Below the pieces are notes generated by a model. It was given only the letters and a program-made list of their open reading frames with translations, did no database searches and was not told where the DNA came from. 64,000 bases of DNA from Malacoraja senta (Eukaryota). Below are positions 1 to 12,605 of this stretch, one piece after another (positions within the stretch are counted from its first letter, which is position 1; each line of letters begins with the position of its first letter). Location of the stretch: positions 62,001 to 126,000 of the forward strand of contig JAXLNO010000355.1 in assembly GCA_038087875.1 (NCBI GenBank), given 5' to 3'. The position numbers and the translations under genes were made by a program.

Positions 1-552
1 TAAAGAGCATTTGCAAATAACACAATTAGAAAATAATAACAAATTAGTAGTAATGCAAGAGGTGGTCTGTACTGTTCTGGTGAATAAAATAATGCATTTT
101 ACAATATTAACAATCATGTATTTGTTGCCTTTAATATAACAAGAACTTCAGAACATGTTTTGCAGGAGCACTATCAAGTAAAAAAAATAATGTGGCATCA
201 GATACGGAGCAAAATGGACAGATCTAAGGTTTATTCAAAGTGGTCGGTTTTGAAGAGCACTGTGAAGAAAGTGAGAGGTTGTGAGTTTAGGGAAGGGAGT
301 TTTAGACAGCTGTCAATACTGGAAATGTCAAGTTGCAAGAACTGAGGGAGCCAAGAAGTCACATATATTGTATTGGAGGAGATAAGGAGAAAGTGATTAT
401 AGGAACATACATATTAGAAGCAGGGTTGCTACTTGGTCCTAGTACCTGCTCCAGGTAGAACAAGGAGATGGAGGGATATGTAAACCAGGACCAGGCTTTC
501 AAAATAAAAGGTGTTTCTTTACAACGTCTGAGACTATTCAGACATTCAGGAT

Positions 553-1905
553 TAGAAACATAGAAACATAGAAAATAGGTGCAGGAGGAGGCCATTCGGC
601 CCTTCGAGCCAGCACCACCATTCATTGTGATCATAGCTGATCGTCCCCAATCAATAACCCGTGCCTGCCTTCTCCCCATATCCCTTGATTCCACTAGCCC
701 CTAGAGCTCTATCTAACTATCTCTTAAATCCATCCAGTGATTTGGCCTCCACTGCCCTCTGTGGCAGGGAATTCCACAAATTCACAACTCTCTGGGTGAA
801 AAAGTTTTTTCTCATCTCAGTCTTAAATGGCCTCCCCTTTATTCTAAGACTGTGCCCCCTGGTTCTGGACTTTCCCAACATTGGGAACATTTTTCCTGCA
901 TCTAGCTTGTCCATTCCTTTTATAATTTTATATGTTTCTATAAGATACCCCCTCATCCTTCTAAACTCCAGTGAATACAAGCCCAGTCTTTTCAATCTTT
1001 CCTCATATGACAGTCCCGCCATCCCAGGGATCAATCTCGTGAACCTACGCTGCACTGTCTCAAACACAAGGATGTCCTTCCTCAAATTAGGAGACCAAAA
1101 CTGTACACAATACTCCAGATGTGGTCTTACCAGAGCCCTATACAACTGCAGAAGAACCTCTTTACTCCTATACTGAAATCCTCTTGTTATGAAGGCCAAC
1201 ATTCCATTAGCTTTCTTCACTGCCTGCTGTACCTGCACGCCAACTTTCAGTGACTGGTGTATAAGGACACCCAGGTCTCGCTGCACCTCTCCCTTACCTA
1301 ACCTAACCCCACTGAGATAATAATCTGCCCCCTTGCTTTTGCCGCCAAAGTGGATAACCTCACATTTATCTATATTATACTGCATCTGCCACGCATCTGC
1401 CCTCTCACTCAACCTGTCCAGGTCACCCTGCAACGTCCTAACATCCTCTTCACAGTTCACACTGCCACCCAGCTTTGTGTCATCCGCAAACTTGCTAGTG
1501 TTGCTCCTAATTCCCTGTTCCAAATCATTAATAAATATGGTAAACAGTTGCGGCCCCAACACCGAGCCTTGCGGCACTCCACTCGCCACTGCCTGCCATT
1601 CTGAAAAGGACCCGTTCACTCCGACTCTTTGCTTCCTGTCTGCCAACCAATTTTCTATCCATGTCAACACCCTACCCCCAATACCATGTGCTCTAATTTT
1701 AGTCACCAGTCTCCCGTGCGGAACCTTATCAAAGGCTTTCTGAAAGTCTAGATACACTACATCCACTGGCTCCCCTTCATCCATTTTACTTGTCACATCC
1801 TCAAAAAATTCCAGCAGATTAGTCAAGCATGATTTCCTGTTCATAAATCCATGTTGACTTGGACTCATCCTTTTACTGCTATCCAAATGCTTCATTATTG
1901 TGTCA
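553..1905 (-). mobile_element. 5'-truncated CR1-clade LINE (ORF2 RT and C-terminus, 3' UTR, (TTTCTATG)n tail)
   Basis: ORF 717..1952 has CR1 RT motifs QHGF, YLDFQKAFDKVPH, GVPQGSVLGP, KFADDTK, RPHLEYCVQFWSP. A GAG>TAG nonsense codon at 717-719 lies 22 codons before the natural TGA (651-653). Microsatellite tail reads agaaacatagaaacatagaaaa on +. Confidence 0.95.
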
Positions 1906-3264
1906 CCTCTCAGAATAATCCCATCAATCCCAGTCCTGTATTTATTTTCCATGTAACCTATTCATTCACACATTCCAATGAACTTCACCCCCTCCCCCCC
2001 ATGGCCCATCCTCTGATTTTCTCACAACCCAATTGCTTAAGGATAATTTACAATAGATTTATAAACCCAACAACAAACATCTTTGAAATGTGGGAATAAA
2101 CTGGGGCAGCAGGTAAAGATTTTTCAGGTGTGCATCACAATTGTAAAGTCTAGGGGATAGGAAATCCATGACTGATGGTTTCAGACACAGGTGAGTTCAG
2201 GCAGGGAAGGAATCATAGATGTGAAATGAGTGATGATGCCGATGTCAAGGATCAACAATCCTAATAATGTAGGAAGAAACTGCAGATACTGGTTATACAC
2301 CAAAGATAGACACAAAATGCTGGAGCAACTCATTGGGACAGGCAGCATATATGGAATGGGTGACGTTTCGGATCGACCCAAAATGTCACCCATCATCAAT
2401 CCTAAAGTCACCTCAGGATCTAATACAACATCAGGTTTGCAAAACACTCTGGCTCATTAGTTGACAGGTACATGGAAGAGGAATGGTCAAATGGACTGTC
2501 TAGCAGGGCTTGTGATGGTCAACGATAATAGACTGGAGTGAACGTTTGTCTCACTTGCCACCCACTCTTCCCACCCACTCAAGCCCTATGGTTGCAATGA
2601 ACATTTTTGGGCTTCAAGACTTCCAATTACTTTAGGCCTCAGTTTTGCAACCATCATGCAAATGGGTGATCTCCTCCACCGTAAAGAATTGTTAACTCAT
2701 CCTGTACCTCATGACCTGATAAAAAGGATCTGCAAAATTTCTGATAATTAATTGTAAAACATTAAAAATTGATTTAAATACTTAAACCAGTTTTCTTTCA
2801 AATATAATAAATGCATTTGGAAAAAATATTAAACTGTTCTTACTTAAATAGAAAAAACTATGAATATCCAGAGAATATTAGAAAAATAAGCAGCACACAC
2901 TAAGTTAAGTACACCTTTTAAACAATGGCTGCCAAGTGGCAACCACAATCAAATTAATGGGGCAGTGCTGGATAGCACACCACAAAAAAGCTTTTAAATG
3001 TACCTTAGTACACATGACAATAAACTAAACGGAAGCTGAGCAGCCAGATGGGAAGTCCACCAAGCACCAGGTTAACTAAATTGCAGGATACCCCTGGAAT
3101 CAATGGTGAATCCATAGATAGAGGAGGTGATCAGGTGTAGGTATATCTGTATCTATCCTCCATTATGTCCCATACTTCAACACTGTGATAATCGGACGTG
3201 AATATCTGGACAGTGCTATTTCCACATTGCAGCCAATCTGAAGTTCCCTGTAGAACTAATGGCA

Positions 3265-3563
3265 AGTTTAGTTTAGAGATACAGCGCAGAAACAGGCCCT
3301 TCGGCCCTCCAGGTCCGTGCAGACCAGCAATCCCCACACATTAACACTATCCTACACACACTAGGGACAATTTACAATTATACCAATCCAATTAACCTAC
3401 ATACGTGTACGTCTTTGGAGTTTGGGAGGAAACCGAAGATCCCGGAGAAAAACCCACGAGGTCACGGGGAGAACGTACAAACTCCATACAGACACCACCC
3501 GTAGTCGGGATCGAACACAAGTCTCCGATGCTGTAAGCGCTGTAAGGAAGCAAGTCTACTGCC
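3265..3563 (-). mobile_element. tRNA-headed V-SINE (HE1-like elasmobranch SINE)
   Basis: Minus strand shows a tRNA-like head with B box (gttcgatccc), the V-domain text gtatggagtttgtacgttctccccgtgacc...ggtttcctccca, a LINE-derived 3' part and a (CTAAA)n tail. Confidence 0.85.
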
Positions 3564-3870
3564 CGGTATCAGTGCCTTTTGGCACCTGGGTTTGATCCTC
3601 CCACTATTTGTTTAGAGAAAAATTCCGTTCATCTACTTCTGGGTTTTGAATCCCACTGCCATGAAGGAGAATGGGAAAGGCTTGTTATGAGCCTCAAATA
3701 TGATGCCTTCCATTTGAAAGAAAGCATTGTACTCCGGACAAGGAACCTTCATGTAGATGTGAAGGTTCCAAAGATGGTGCAACATGGTTTAAGGGAATGG
3801 TTGCAGTGATGAAGGATTCCAGCTGTTGGACTGGACAAGCTGGGTTTGTTCTCCTTAGAGGAGCATTGAT

Positions 3871-4094
3871 AGAGGCCCGAGAGCCGTTGGAGCGGTCGCA
3901 GAGGGAGGAGCTACACCCGAGCGGTAGGGGATAAAGTGGAGCGCGGGGCTTGCTTGTTCCTTACAGAGGCCCGAGAGCCGTTGGAGCGGTCGCAGAGGGA
4001 GGAGCTACACCCAAGCGGTAGAAGTTAAAGTGGAGCGCGGGGCTTGTTCCTTACAGAGGCCCGAGAGCCGTTGGAGCGGTCGCAGAGGGAGGAG
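3871..4094 (+). repeat. ~90-94 bp CpG-rich tandem monomers (about 2.4 copies) at the CR1 5' end
   Basis: The unit agaggcccgagagccgttggagcggtcgcagagggagg... starts at 3871, 3965 and 4055. Confidence 0.95.
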
Positions 4095-4263
4095 GAACCC
4101 AAATCTGTAACGTTCCAAGTTCCACTTCAAAAACAAGTGGGCTTGAGGAAGCCGCTGAGTGGTGGAAGCAGACAAGAGGGAGCAGCTGATTGGGAGTCAG
4201 ATCCCTGCTGATTGTACTGTATTGTAGCAGTTTGTTTTGTATTGTATCCTAGGTAAGGGGAGT

Positions 4264-5200
4264 ATGAGGGCCAGGGCAGTTTACTGTTCTGGATGTCAGA
4301 TGTGGGAAGTCATGGAGTCTGGTAGCCCTCCAGACGTCCACATCTGCGCCAGGTGTATCGAGATGGGGCTCCTAATGGACCGTATTAGGAACCTGGAGCA
4401 GCAGCTCGATGACCACCGTCTGGTCAGGGAGAGCGAGGAAGTCATTGAGAGGAGTTACAGGGAGGTGGTCACTCCAAGACCACAGGAGGCAGGCAAGTGG
4501 ATCACGGTTGGGAGAGGCAAGGGGCACAGGCAGGGACTAGAGAGTACCCCAGTGGCTGTACACCTTGACAATAAGTACTCCTGTTTGAGCACTGTTGGGG
4601 GGGGACAGCCTACCTGGAGGTAGCGACAGCGGCCGGGCCTCCGGTATAGAGACCGGCCCTTTTGCTCAGAAGGGTAAGGAAAAGAAGAGGAGGGCAATAC
4701 TAATAGGGGACTCTATAGTTAGGGGGTCAGACAGGAGATTCTGTGGACGCAGTCGGGAGACCCGGATGGTAGTTTGCCTCCCTGGTGCCAGGGTCTGTGA
4801 TGTGTCTCAACGTGTCCAAGATATCCTGAAAGGGCAGGGAGAGGAGCCCGAGGTCGTGGTACATATAGGTACCAATGACATAGGTCAAAAAAGAGAAGTG
4901 GTCCTGAAAGGAGAATTTAGGGAGTTAGGAGGGGAGTTAAAGAGAAGGACAGCAAAGGTAACAATCTCGGGATTACTGCCTGTGCCACGCGACAGTGAGA
5001 GTAGGAATGGAGAGAGGTGGAGGATAAATGCGTGGCTGAAGGACTGGTGCAGAAGGCAGGGATTCAAATTTCTGGATCATTGGGACCTCTTTTGTGGAAG
5101 GTGCGACCTGTACAAAAAGGATGGATTGCACTTGAACCTGAGGGGGACCGATATCCTGGCGGGGAGATCTGCAAAGGCTACTGGGGAGACTTTAAACTAG
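4264..5200 (+). pseudogene. CR1 ORF1 (CxxC..CxxC zinc finger/coiled coil + SGNH esterase), split by a 1-nt frameshift
   Basis: N-half: MRARAVYCSGCQMWE...HICARC...LEQQLDD. C-half carries SGNH blocks GDSIVRG, PGARV, HIGTND, DGLHLN. The frames join if the G8 run at 4597-4604 is read as G7. Confidence 0.9.
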
Positions 5201-8200
5201 AATGGTTGGGGGGAGGGACTCAAATAGAGAATACTACTAGACAGTGTGTGAGGCAGGAAGCAGAGAAGGAAAGCACTCAGACCCAACATGTAGGGGGGAA
5301 AGAAGAAAACAATAATAAACAGAGAATAAAAGGTGGTGGGGTTCTTAAATGGGTGAGCAGAGAAGCAGAGGGGTGTAAAATGCGGGCGGAAGCAATAGGT
5401 AGCAAGGTTAAAAGTAAAAGTGGCAGGCAGACAAATCCAGGGCAAAAATCAAAAAGGGCCACTTTTCAACATAATTGTATAAGGGGTAAGAGCGTTGTAA
5501 TAACAAGCCTGAAGGCTTTGTGTCTCAATGCAAGGAGCATTCGTAATAAGGTGGATGAGTTGAACGTGCAGATAGCTATTAATGATTATGATATAGTTGG
5601 GATCACAGAGACATGGCTCCAGGGTGACCAAGGCTGGGAGCTGAACATCCAGGGATATTCAATATTCAGGAGGGATAGAGAGAAAGGAAAAGGAGGTGGG
5701 GTAGCGTTGCTGGTTAGAGAGGAGATTAACGCAGTGGAAAGGAAGGACATTAGCTTGGAGGATGTGGAATCGGTATGGGTAGAGCTGCGAAACACTAAGG
5801 GGCAGAAAACGCTGGTGGGTGTTGTGTACAGGCAACCTAGCAGTAGTAGTGAAGTTGGGGATGGCATCAAACAGGAAATTAGAAATGCGTGCAACAAAGG
5901 CAAAACAGTTATAATGGGTGACTTCAATCTACATATAGATTGGGTGAATCAAATTGGCAGGGGTGCTGAGGAAGAGGATTTCTTGGAATGTATGCGGGAT
6001 AGTTATCTAAACCAACATGTAGAGGAACCAACGAGAGAGCAGGCTATTCTAGACTGGGTATTGAGTAATGAGGAAGGGTTAGTTAGCAGTCTTGTTATGT
6101 GTGCCCCCTTGGGCAAGAGTGACCATAATATGGTTGAGTTCTTCATTAGGATGGAGAGTGACATTGTTAATTCAGAAACAACGGTTCTGAACTTAAAGAA
6201 AGGTAACTTTGAGGGTATGAGACGTGAATTGGCCAAGATTGACTGGCAATTAGTTCTAAAAGGGTTGACGGTGGATATGCAATGGAAGGCATTTAAAGAC
6301 TGCATGGATGAACTACAAAAATTGTTCATCCCAGTTTGGCAAAAGAATAAATCAGGGAAGGTAGTGCATCCGTGGATAACAAGGGAAATCAGGGATAGTA
6401 TCAAAGCAAAAGATGATGTGTACAAATTAGCCAGAAAAAGCAGCATACCAGAGGACTGGGAGAAATTCAGAGACCAGCAGAGGAGGACAAAGGGCTTAAT
6501 TAGGAAAGGGAAAATAGATTATGAAAGAAAACTGGCAAGGAACATAAAAACTGACTGCAAAAGTTTTTATATATATGTGAAGAGAAAGAGATTAGTTAAA
6601 ACAAATGTAGGTCCCTTGCAGTCAGAAACAGGTGAATTGATCATGGGGAACAAGGATATGGTGGACCAATTGAATAACTACTTTGGTTCCGTCTTCACTA
6701 AGGAAGACATAAATAATCTGCCGGAAATAGCAGGGGGCCGCGGGTCAAAGGAGATGGAGGAACTGAGTGAAATCCAGGTTAGTCGGGAAGTGGTGTTGGG
6801 TAAATTGAATGGATTAAAGGCCGATAAATCACCAGGGCCAGATAGGCTGCATCCCAGAGTACTTAAGGAAGTAGCTCCAGAAATAGTGGATGCATTAGTG
6901 ATAATTTTACAAAACTCTTTAGATTCTGGAGTAGTTCCTGAGGATTGGAGGGTAGCAAATGTAACCCCACTTTTTAAGAAGGGAGGGAGAGAGAAAACAG
7001 GGAATTACAGACCAGTTAGTCTAACATCGGTAGTGGGGAAACTGCTAGAGTCAGTTATTAAAGATGGGATAGCAGCACATTTGGAAAGTGGTGAAATCAT
7101 TGGACAAAGTCAGCATGGATTTACGAAAGGTAAATCGTGTCTGACGAATCTTATAGAATTTTTCGAGGATGTAACTAGTAGAGTGGATAGGGGAGAACCA
7201 GTGGATGTGTTGTATCTGGACTTTCAGAAGGCTTTCGACAAGGTACCACATAAGAGATTAGTATACAAACTTAAAGCACACGGTATTGGGAGTTCAGTAT
7301 TCATGTGGATAGAGAACTGGCTGGCAAACAGGAAGCAAAGAGTAGCAGTAAACGGGTCCTTTTCACAATGGCAGGCAGTGACTAGTGGGGTACCGCAAGG
7401 CTCAGTGCTGGGACCCAAGCTATTTACAATTTATATTAATGAACTGGATGAGGGAATTGAAGGCAACATCTCCAAGTTTGCAGATGACACTAAGCTGGGG
7501 GGCAGTGTTAGCTGTGAGGAGGATGCTAGGAGACTGCAAGGTGACTTGGATAGGCTGGGTGAGTGGGCAAATGTTTGGCAGATGCAGCATAATGTGGATA
7601 AATGTGAGGTTATCCACTTTGGTGGCAAAAACAGGAAAGCAGACTATTATCTAAATGGTGGCCGATTAGGAAATGGGGAGATGCAGCGAGACCTGGGTGT
7701 CATGGTACACCAGTCATTGAAAGTAGGCATGCAGGTGCAGCAGGCAGTGAAGAAAGCGAATGGTATGTTAGCTTTCATAGCAAAAGAATTTGAGTATAGG
7801 AGCAGGGAGGTTCTACTGCAGTTGTACAGGGTCTTTGTGAGACCACACCTGGAGTATTGCGTACAGTTTTGGTCTCCAAATCTGAGGAAGGACATTATAG
7901 CCATAGAGGGAGTGCAGAGAAGGTTCACCAGACTGATTCCTGGGATGTCAGGACTTTCATATGAAGAAAGACTGGATAGACTTGGCTTATACTCGCTAGA
8001 ATTTAGGAGTTTGAGAGGGGATCTTATAGAAACGTACAAAATTCTTATGGGGTTGGACAGGCTAGATGCAGGAAGATTGTTCCCGATGTTGGGGAAGTCC
8101 AGGACAAGGGGTCACAGCTTAAGGATAAGGGGGAAATCCTTTAAGACCGAGATGAGGAAAAACCTTTTCACACAGAGAGTGGTGAATCTCTGGAACTCTC

Positions 8201-8316
8201 TGCCACAGAGGGTAGTTGAGGCCAGTTCATTGGCTATATTTAAGAGGGAGTTAGATGTGGCCCTTGTGGCTAAAGGGATCAGGGGGTATGGAGAAAAGGC
8301 AGGTACGGGATACTGA
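5201..8316 (+). CDS. CR1 ORF2: AP-endonuclease + reverse transcriptase (frame uninterrupted, true start uncertain)
   Basis: EN motifs LNARSI, GITETWL, GGGVAL, MGDFN, LDWVL, SDHN. RT motifs PGPD, NYRPVSL, QHGF, LDFQKAFD, GVPQGS, FADD. No stop between 5017 and 8316. Confidence 0.92.
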
Positions 8317-9874
8317 GTTGGTTGATCAGCCATGATCATATTGAATGGCGGTGCAGGTTCGAAGGGCCGAATGGCCTACTCCTGCACCTATTTTCTATGT
8401 ATCTATGCATCTATTATAGAGGTATACAAAATTCCAACAGGTAAATAGAGGGAAGCTGTTTCCATTCTTGGGTGACAAAAAAACCAGGCCACACAGTAAA
8501 AAAGTTTAAGGCAATAGATAGCAGGAGGATTGTGCCTTTTCTTATGCAGAGCATAGTTATGTCTTAGAATATATTGTCCATTGGTAAGTGAAAACAGAAT
8601 CTAATAGGAATTGGATGAACGCCAAAGAATGAATAATATGCGGAGCTCTGGGGGAAATGGTCCAAGTGGTGTTTCATACCATTGCAACCTCATCATTCTA
8701 CATTTCTGTTCATGGAATGCTAGAGAAAGTATATGGTGTGGTGGAGATGGGAACCAGCAGCAAACTTGTGGAAACAAGTTGCTGATGATACAAATTTTTC
8801 AGAGTGAATACGGGAGGAAAGTTCTGATTAATTATGATTGTTAAGCAAATGTTTAAGCATTAAATATTCTTTAAGCATTCATACCATTTTCCATTTCTTT
8901 TGAATTAATTATTAAATTGTGCTGAATTATTCAAATATATGCAAAAGTAGTTTTTCCCACAGTTGTGGATGGGTGATACATAATACCACTAAGCCTTTGA
9001 CCTAACAAGACACTATCAAAAGTTGTGATTAAACCTGGAAGATGAAATTAAAAATTAAGTAGTTCATGTAATGGCTTATTAGAATCTTAGCCTGGAGTCA
9101 TTTGCTTCGGAAAGTTCTGAGTCAGTGGGGAGGTGATGAGAATTGTTTTTGCACAGCAAGTTGTTGGGATGTGGAATGCGATGAGTGAAAGAGCAGTGAT
9201 TCATGAGGAATTCTCAAAAGTAACTGGATAAGTTCTTTGAAAGGAAAAATGTCCACTGCACACTGAATATGAAGAGAGATGTGGGACAAATCAAAGAGCT
9301 CTTACAAAGTGCCAGCACAGCAACGAATGGCCAAATGTTCACCTGCTGTGTTGCAGGATTTTGCGACCACTCAGGTTAAAAGCATGTGATATTTTCAGCT
9401 ATTAATTATAGTAATCTCCAGACATTTGGTTCCTTTGGCTTCATCAGAACTGAAATTGTGTCAATGAAGGGTTTAGTCATAATTTTAATGCACTTGGTTG
9501 GTCAGATTTCTACCCCGTATCTTTTAATCCACACTGCATGTGATCAAAACCTCTCAAATATCGCTGTCATAGGGCAAATGGAACTTCCCAACTGTAGCTG
9601 CTCATAACCTTAATTTTGCGACATTTATCTTCCTATTTAAAGACCAAGTTTTTCCCTGTTGATTTATTTTTTCAGAAACGCACTACGCTAGCTATAACTC
9701 AGGTGTACGTAGTTTAAGGTAAAAGAAAATCAAAGAAAACTTGTTCAAGAAAATACAGGGATCTATAGACTGGTGAACCTCGTGTCAGTGGTAGGGAACT
9801 GTTGGAGAGATAGGATTTACTCCCAATTCGAAGAGAATGGGCTAATTAGCGATAGCCAGCACAGCTTTGTACAT

Positions 9875-10585
9875 GTGTAGGAAGGAACTGCAGATGCTGG
9901 TTTAAACTGAAGATAGACACAAAATGCTGGAGTAACTCAGCAGACAGGCAGCATCTCTGGAGAAAAGGAATGGGTGATGTTTTGGGTCGTGACCCTTCTT
10001 CAGATTGTAAGTCACAGGAAAAGGAAATGAGATATATAAACGATGATGTAGAGAGATATAGAACAAATGAATGAAAGATATGCAAAAAAGTAAGAATGAT
10101 AAAGGAAACAAGACTGTTAGCTGTAGCTAGGTAAGAATGAACGCTGGTGTGACTTGGGTGGGGATGGGATGGAGAGAGAGAGGGAATGCAGGGGTTTGTG
10201 TAAGAAGGAACTACAGATGCTGGTTTAAACTAAAGATAGACACAAAAAGCTGGTGTAACTCGGTAGAACAGGCAGCATCTCTGGAGAGAAGGAATGGGTG
10301 ACGGAGGAAGGGTCTCGACCCAAAACGTCTCTCATTCCTTCTCTCCAGAGATGCTGCCTGTCCCGTTGAATTCCAGCTTTTAGTGTCTATCTTTGGGAAT
10401 GCAGGGGTTACTTGAAGTTAGAGAGATCAATATTCATACCCCTGGGTTGTAAACTGCCCAAGCAAAATATGAGATGCTGTTCCTCCAATTTGCGTTTAGC
10501 CTCACTCTGACAATGGGGGAGGCCGAGGACAGAAAGGTCAGTGTGGGAATGGGAAGGAGAATTAAAGTGTTGAGCAACTGGGAAA
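9875..10585 (-). mobile_element. Decayed Penelope-like 3' fragment (GIY-YIG C-terminus + pLTR) with a nested short palindromic element
   Basis: Minus strand of ~10410-10585 translates to PVAQHFNSPSHSHTDLSVLGL...RKLEEQHLIFCLGSLQ, matching the end of the 20547..21650 ORF. Nested insert 10197-10394 is flanked by gggaatgcaggggtt (10182-10196 and 10395-10409). Confidence 0.85.
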
Positions 10586-10724
10586 TCTCAACTGGGAGCT
10601 ATCATGGACCCAATGGGCCAAATGGCCTCCAAGTCAAGTCAAGTAGAGTTAATTGTCAAATGCACAAGAACGGTGAAGTTCAGGTACAATAAAAATCATG
10701 ATCGCAGCTGCATCATGGGCACAT

Positions 10725-11000
10725 TAGTTTAGTTTAGTGTAGTTTAGTTTAGCTTAGCTTAGTTCAGTTTAGTTTAGTTCAGTTTAGTTTAGGAAGACAA
10801 TGTGGAAACAGGCCCTTCAGTCCACCGAATCTGTGCTGACCTGCACACGTGTCCTATCCTACACACGAGTGACATTTTTAGAGAAGCTAATTAACTTACA
10901 ATCCTGCACGGCTTTGGAATGTGGGAGGAAACTGGAGCAAATGGAGAAAACCCACGTGGTTACAGGGTAACGTACAAACTCTGCACAGACAACATCCAGT
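10725..11000 (-). mobile_element. Degenerate V-SINE (HE1-like) with expanded pentamer tail
   Basis: (ttagt)n at 10725-10792 followed by sequence colinear with the 3265-3563 SINE. Confidence 0.75.
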
Positions 11001-12311
11001 CAGGAGACTTTCTATATCATAATAGACAGTTTCAAGTACCCCATCTTCTTTTATCAATGATGTTAATTGAGCACTGATGGTGTGATGACATTAAGACAGA
11101 TGAGCATATGTTTGGTCAAAGAAGGGAGCTTTAAAGAGGAGTTTTAAACTTATTGAAACTTAGAACAGTACAACACAGAAAAGGGCCCTTCAGTTTGCAA
11201 CATCCATGCCGAACATGATACCAAGCTTAACTAATCTCTGCCTGCATGTGATCCATTTCCCTCCATTCCCTGCATATGTACGTGCCTATCTAAAAGCACA
11301 CTATTATTTCCTGGTTGCGCATTATTACTGATAATTTATTTTCTTGTTGATTATTCTAAATGTATTTGTGGTGATGTTGCATTAATGGACCTGTAATGTT
11401 ATTTAAACACTCTTGACCTTTGATTCCATGTTCTTTTGCTCTCTTTAAGATACCCATAGCTTTTTTATTAAACATGATGTTATTATGTACATATACACAT
11501 TTGGTATTATGTACATATTCATATAAGATTTTCACTGTACCTCGGTACGAGCGCCACTAAACTAAATTAAACTAATTTTTGGTACTCTGCATATTATGGC
11601 TGTGATGCACATATCCCTCCTTTACACCATGAACTAATCATCAAAATATTTAATTATATGTGAAGCCTTTTGCCATGATTTGAGATTGTGCATGGCACAA
11701 GACAAATGTAACAAAACAGAAAACACGGGACAATTACAGGTCAGACTACACCTGTAGAGAGAAAAATAAACTTCATTAAAGTTCTAACGAAAGGTCATCA
11801 ACCTGAAACATTAATTCGGCTTCTCTCTTCACAGATGTTATCAGACCTTCTGAGTATTTCCAGCATTTTCTGCTTTTACTTCAGAATTCCAATACCTGCC
11901 AAATTTTGCTTGTCTACATACATGTAAGCTGTTTTATAATGTATTACTTGGATGAAGGTGTAGATTGGTTATCCGGCTGCTCCACTACCAGAGACTGTGT
12001 CCCCCACAGACTGCCTCTCCACAGTGTTCAGCGCCCAGCTCGCTTACTTCACCACCTCAACCCGGCCGGTCTCCGGTGCCGTCCCTGGTCAAATCCCCTG
12101 TCCCCTCCCCAGTCACTTCACCGGTGAAGGGAGGAGATGCGGATTCATACCGCACATGTGCTGGATGGGTCAGCAGGCCACCCATTAGATACGGCGATTT
12201 TGTGTAACCATTTATGCTTCCCCATATGCGTTATTAACGTTTCGGCTGCTATATTGTTCAGTCAAAATGTTTCCGCGTATCTATGCTTTATTTCGTTTCT
12301 ACAAGGAAAGA

Positions 12312-12517
12312 TGTAGATTGGTTATTTCCTACTAACCAATTGTAGTGCTTGTTAGTAGTTGCTCTGCCTAATATGCGATTTATATTACCAAGATCTTGCT
12401 TACGTAGTTCAGTCTGAGTAGCTGCTAGTTACTGTAATGTCCTGCAGACCAATGCTGTAAATGGACTTTAATAAACATGTGTTGTATTTTGACATGTGTA
12501 CGACTCGACTCATTACA
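12312..12517 (+). repeat. Gypsy LTR (206 bp, TGTA...TACA)
   Basis: Direct repeat of 17930-18133, preceded by a PPT and followed by a PBS; contains AATAAA. Confidence 0.93.
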
Positions 12518-12532
12518 TGGTGTCAAGAAGTG
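12518..12532 (+). other. Primer binding site, probably tRNA-Leu
   Basis: tggtgtcaagaagtg directly after the LTR, complementary (one extra base) to the tRNA-Leu 3' end CACTTCTGACACCA. Confidence 0.75.
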
Positions 12533-12605
12533 AGTCTTACCTACTCCGTTCACGTTTATCGGGTTTTGTTTTTTATATTTGTTTTATGTGCCTGTTATCT
12601 CTATC

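Larger units (their letters stand above)
3871..8415 (+). mobile_element. Full-length CR1-clade LINE with tandem-monomer 5' UTR, ORF1 and ORF2
   Basis: 5' tandem monomers at 3871-4094, ORF1 4264-5200, ORF2 ending 8316, 3' UTR and (TCTATGTA)-like tail. Flanked by ATAGAGG at 3869-3875 and 8416-8422, inside an older CR1 remnant. Confidence 0.95.

Noticed and set aside
5017..5200. ORF2 frame overlapping the end of ORF1
   Set aside because: Starts at GTG and has no recognisable domain; likely a chance open frame.
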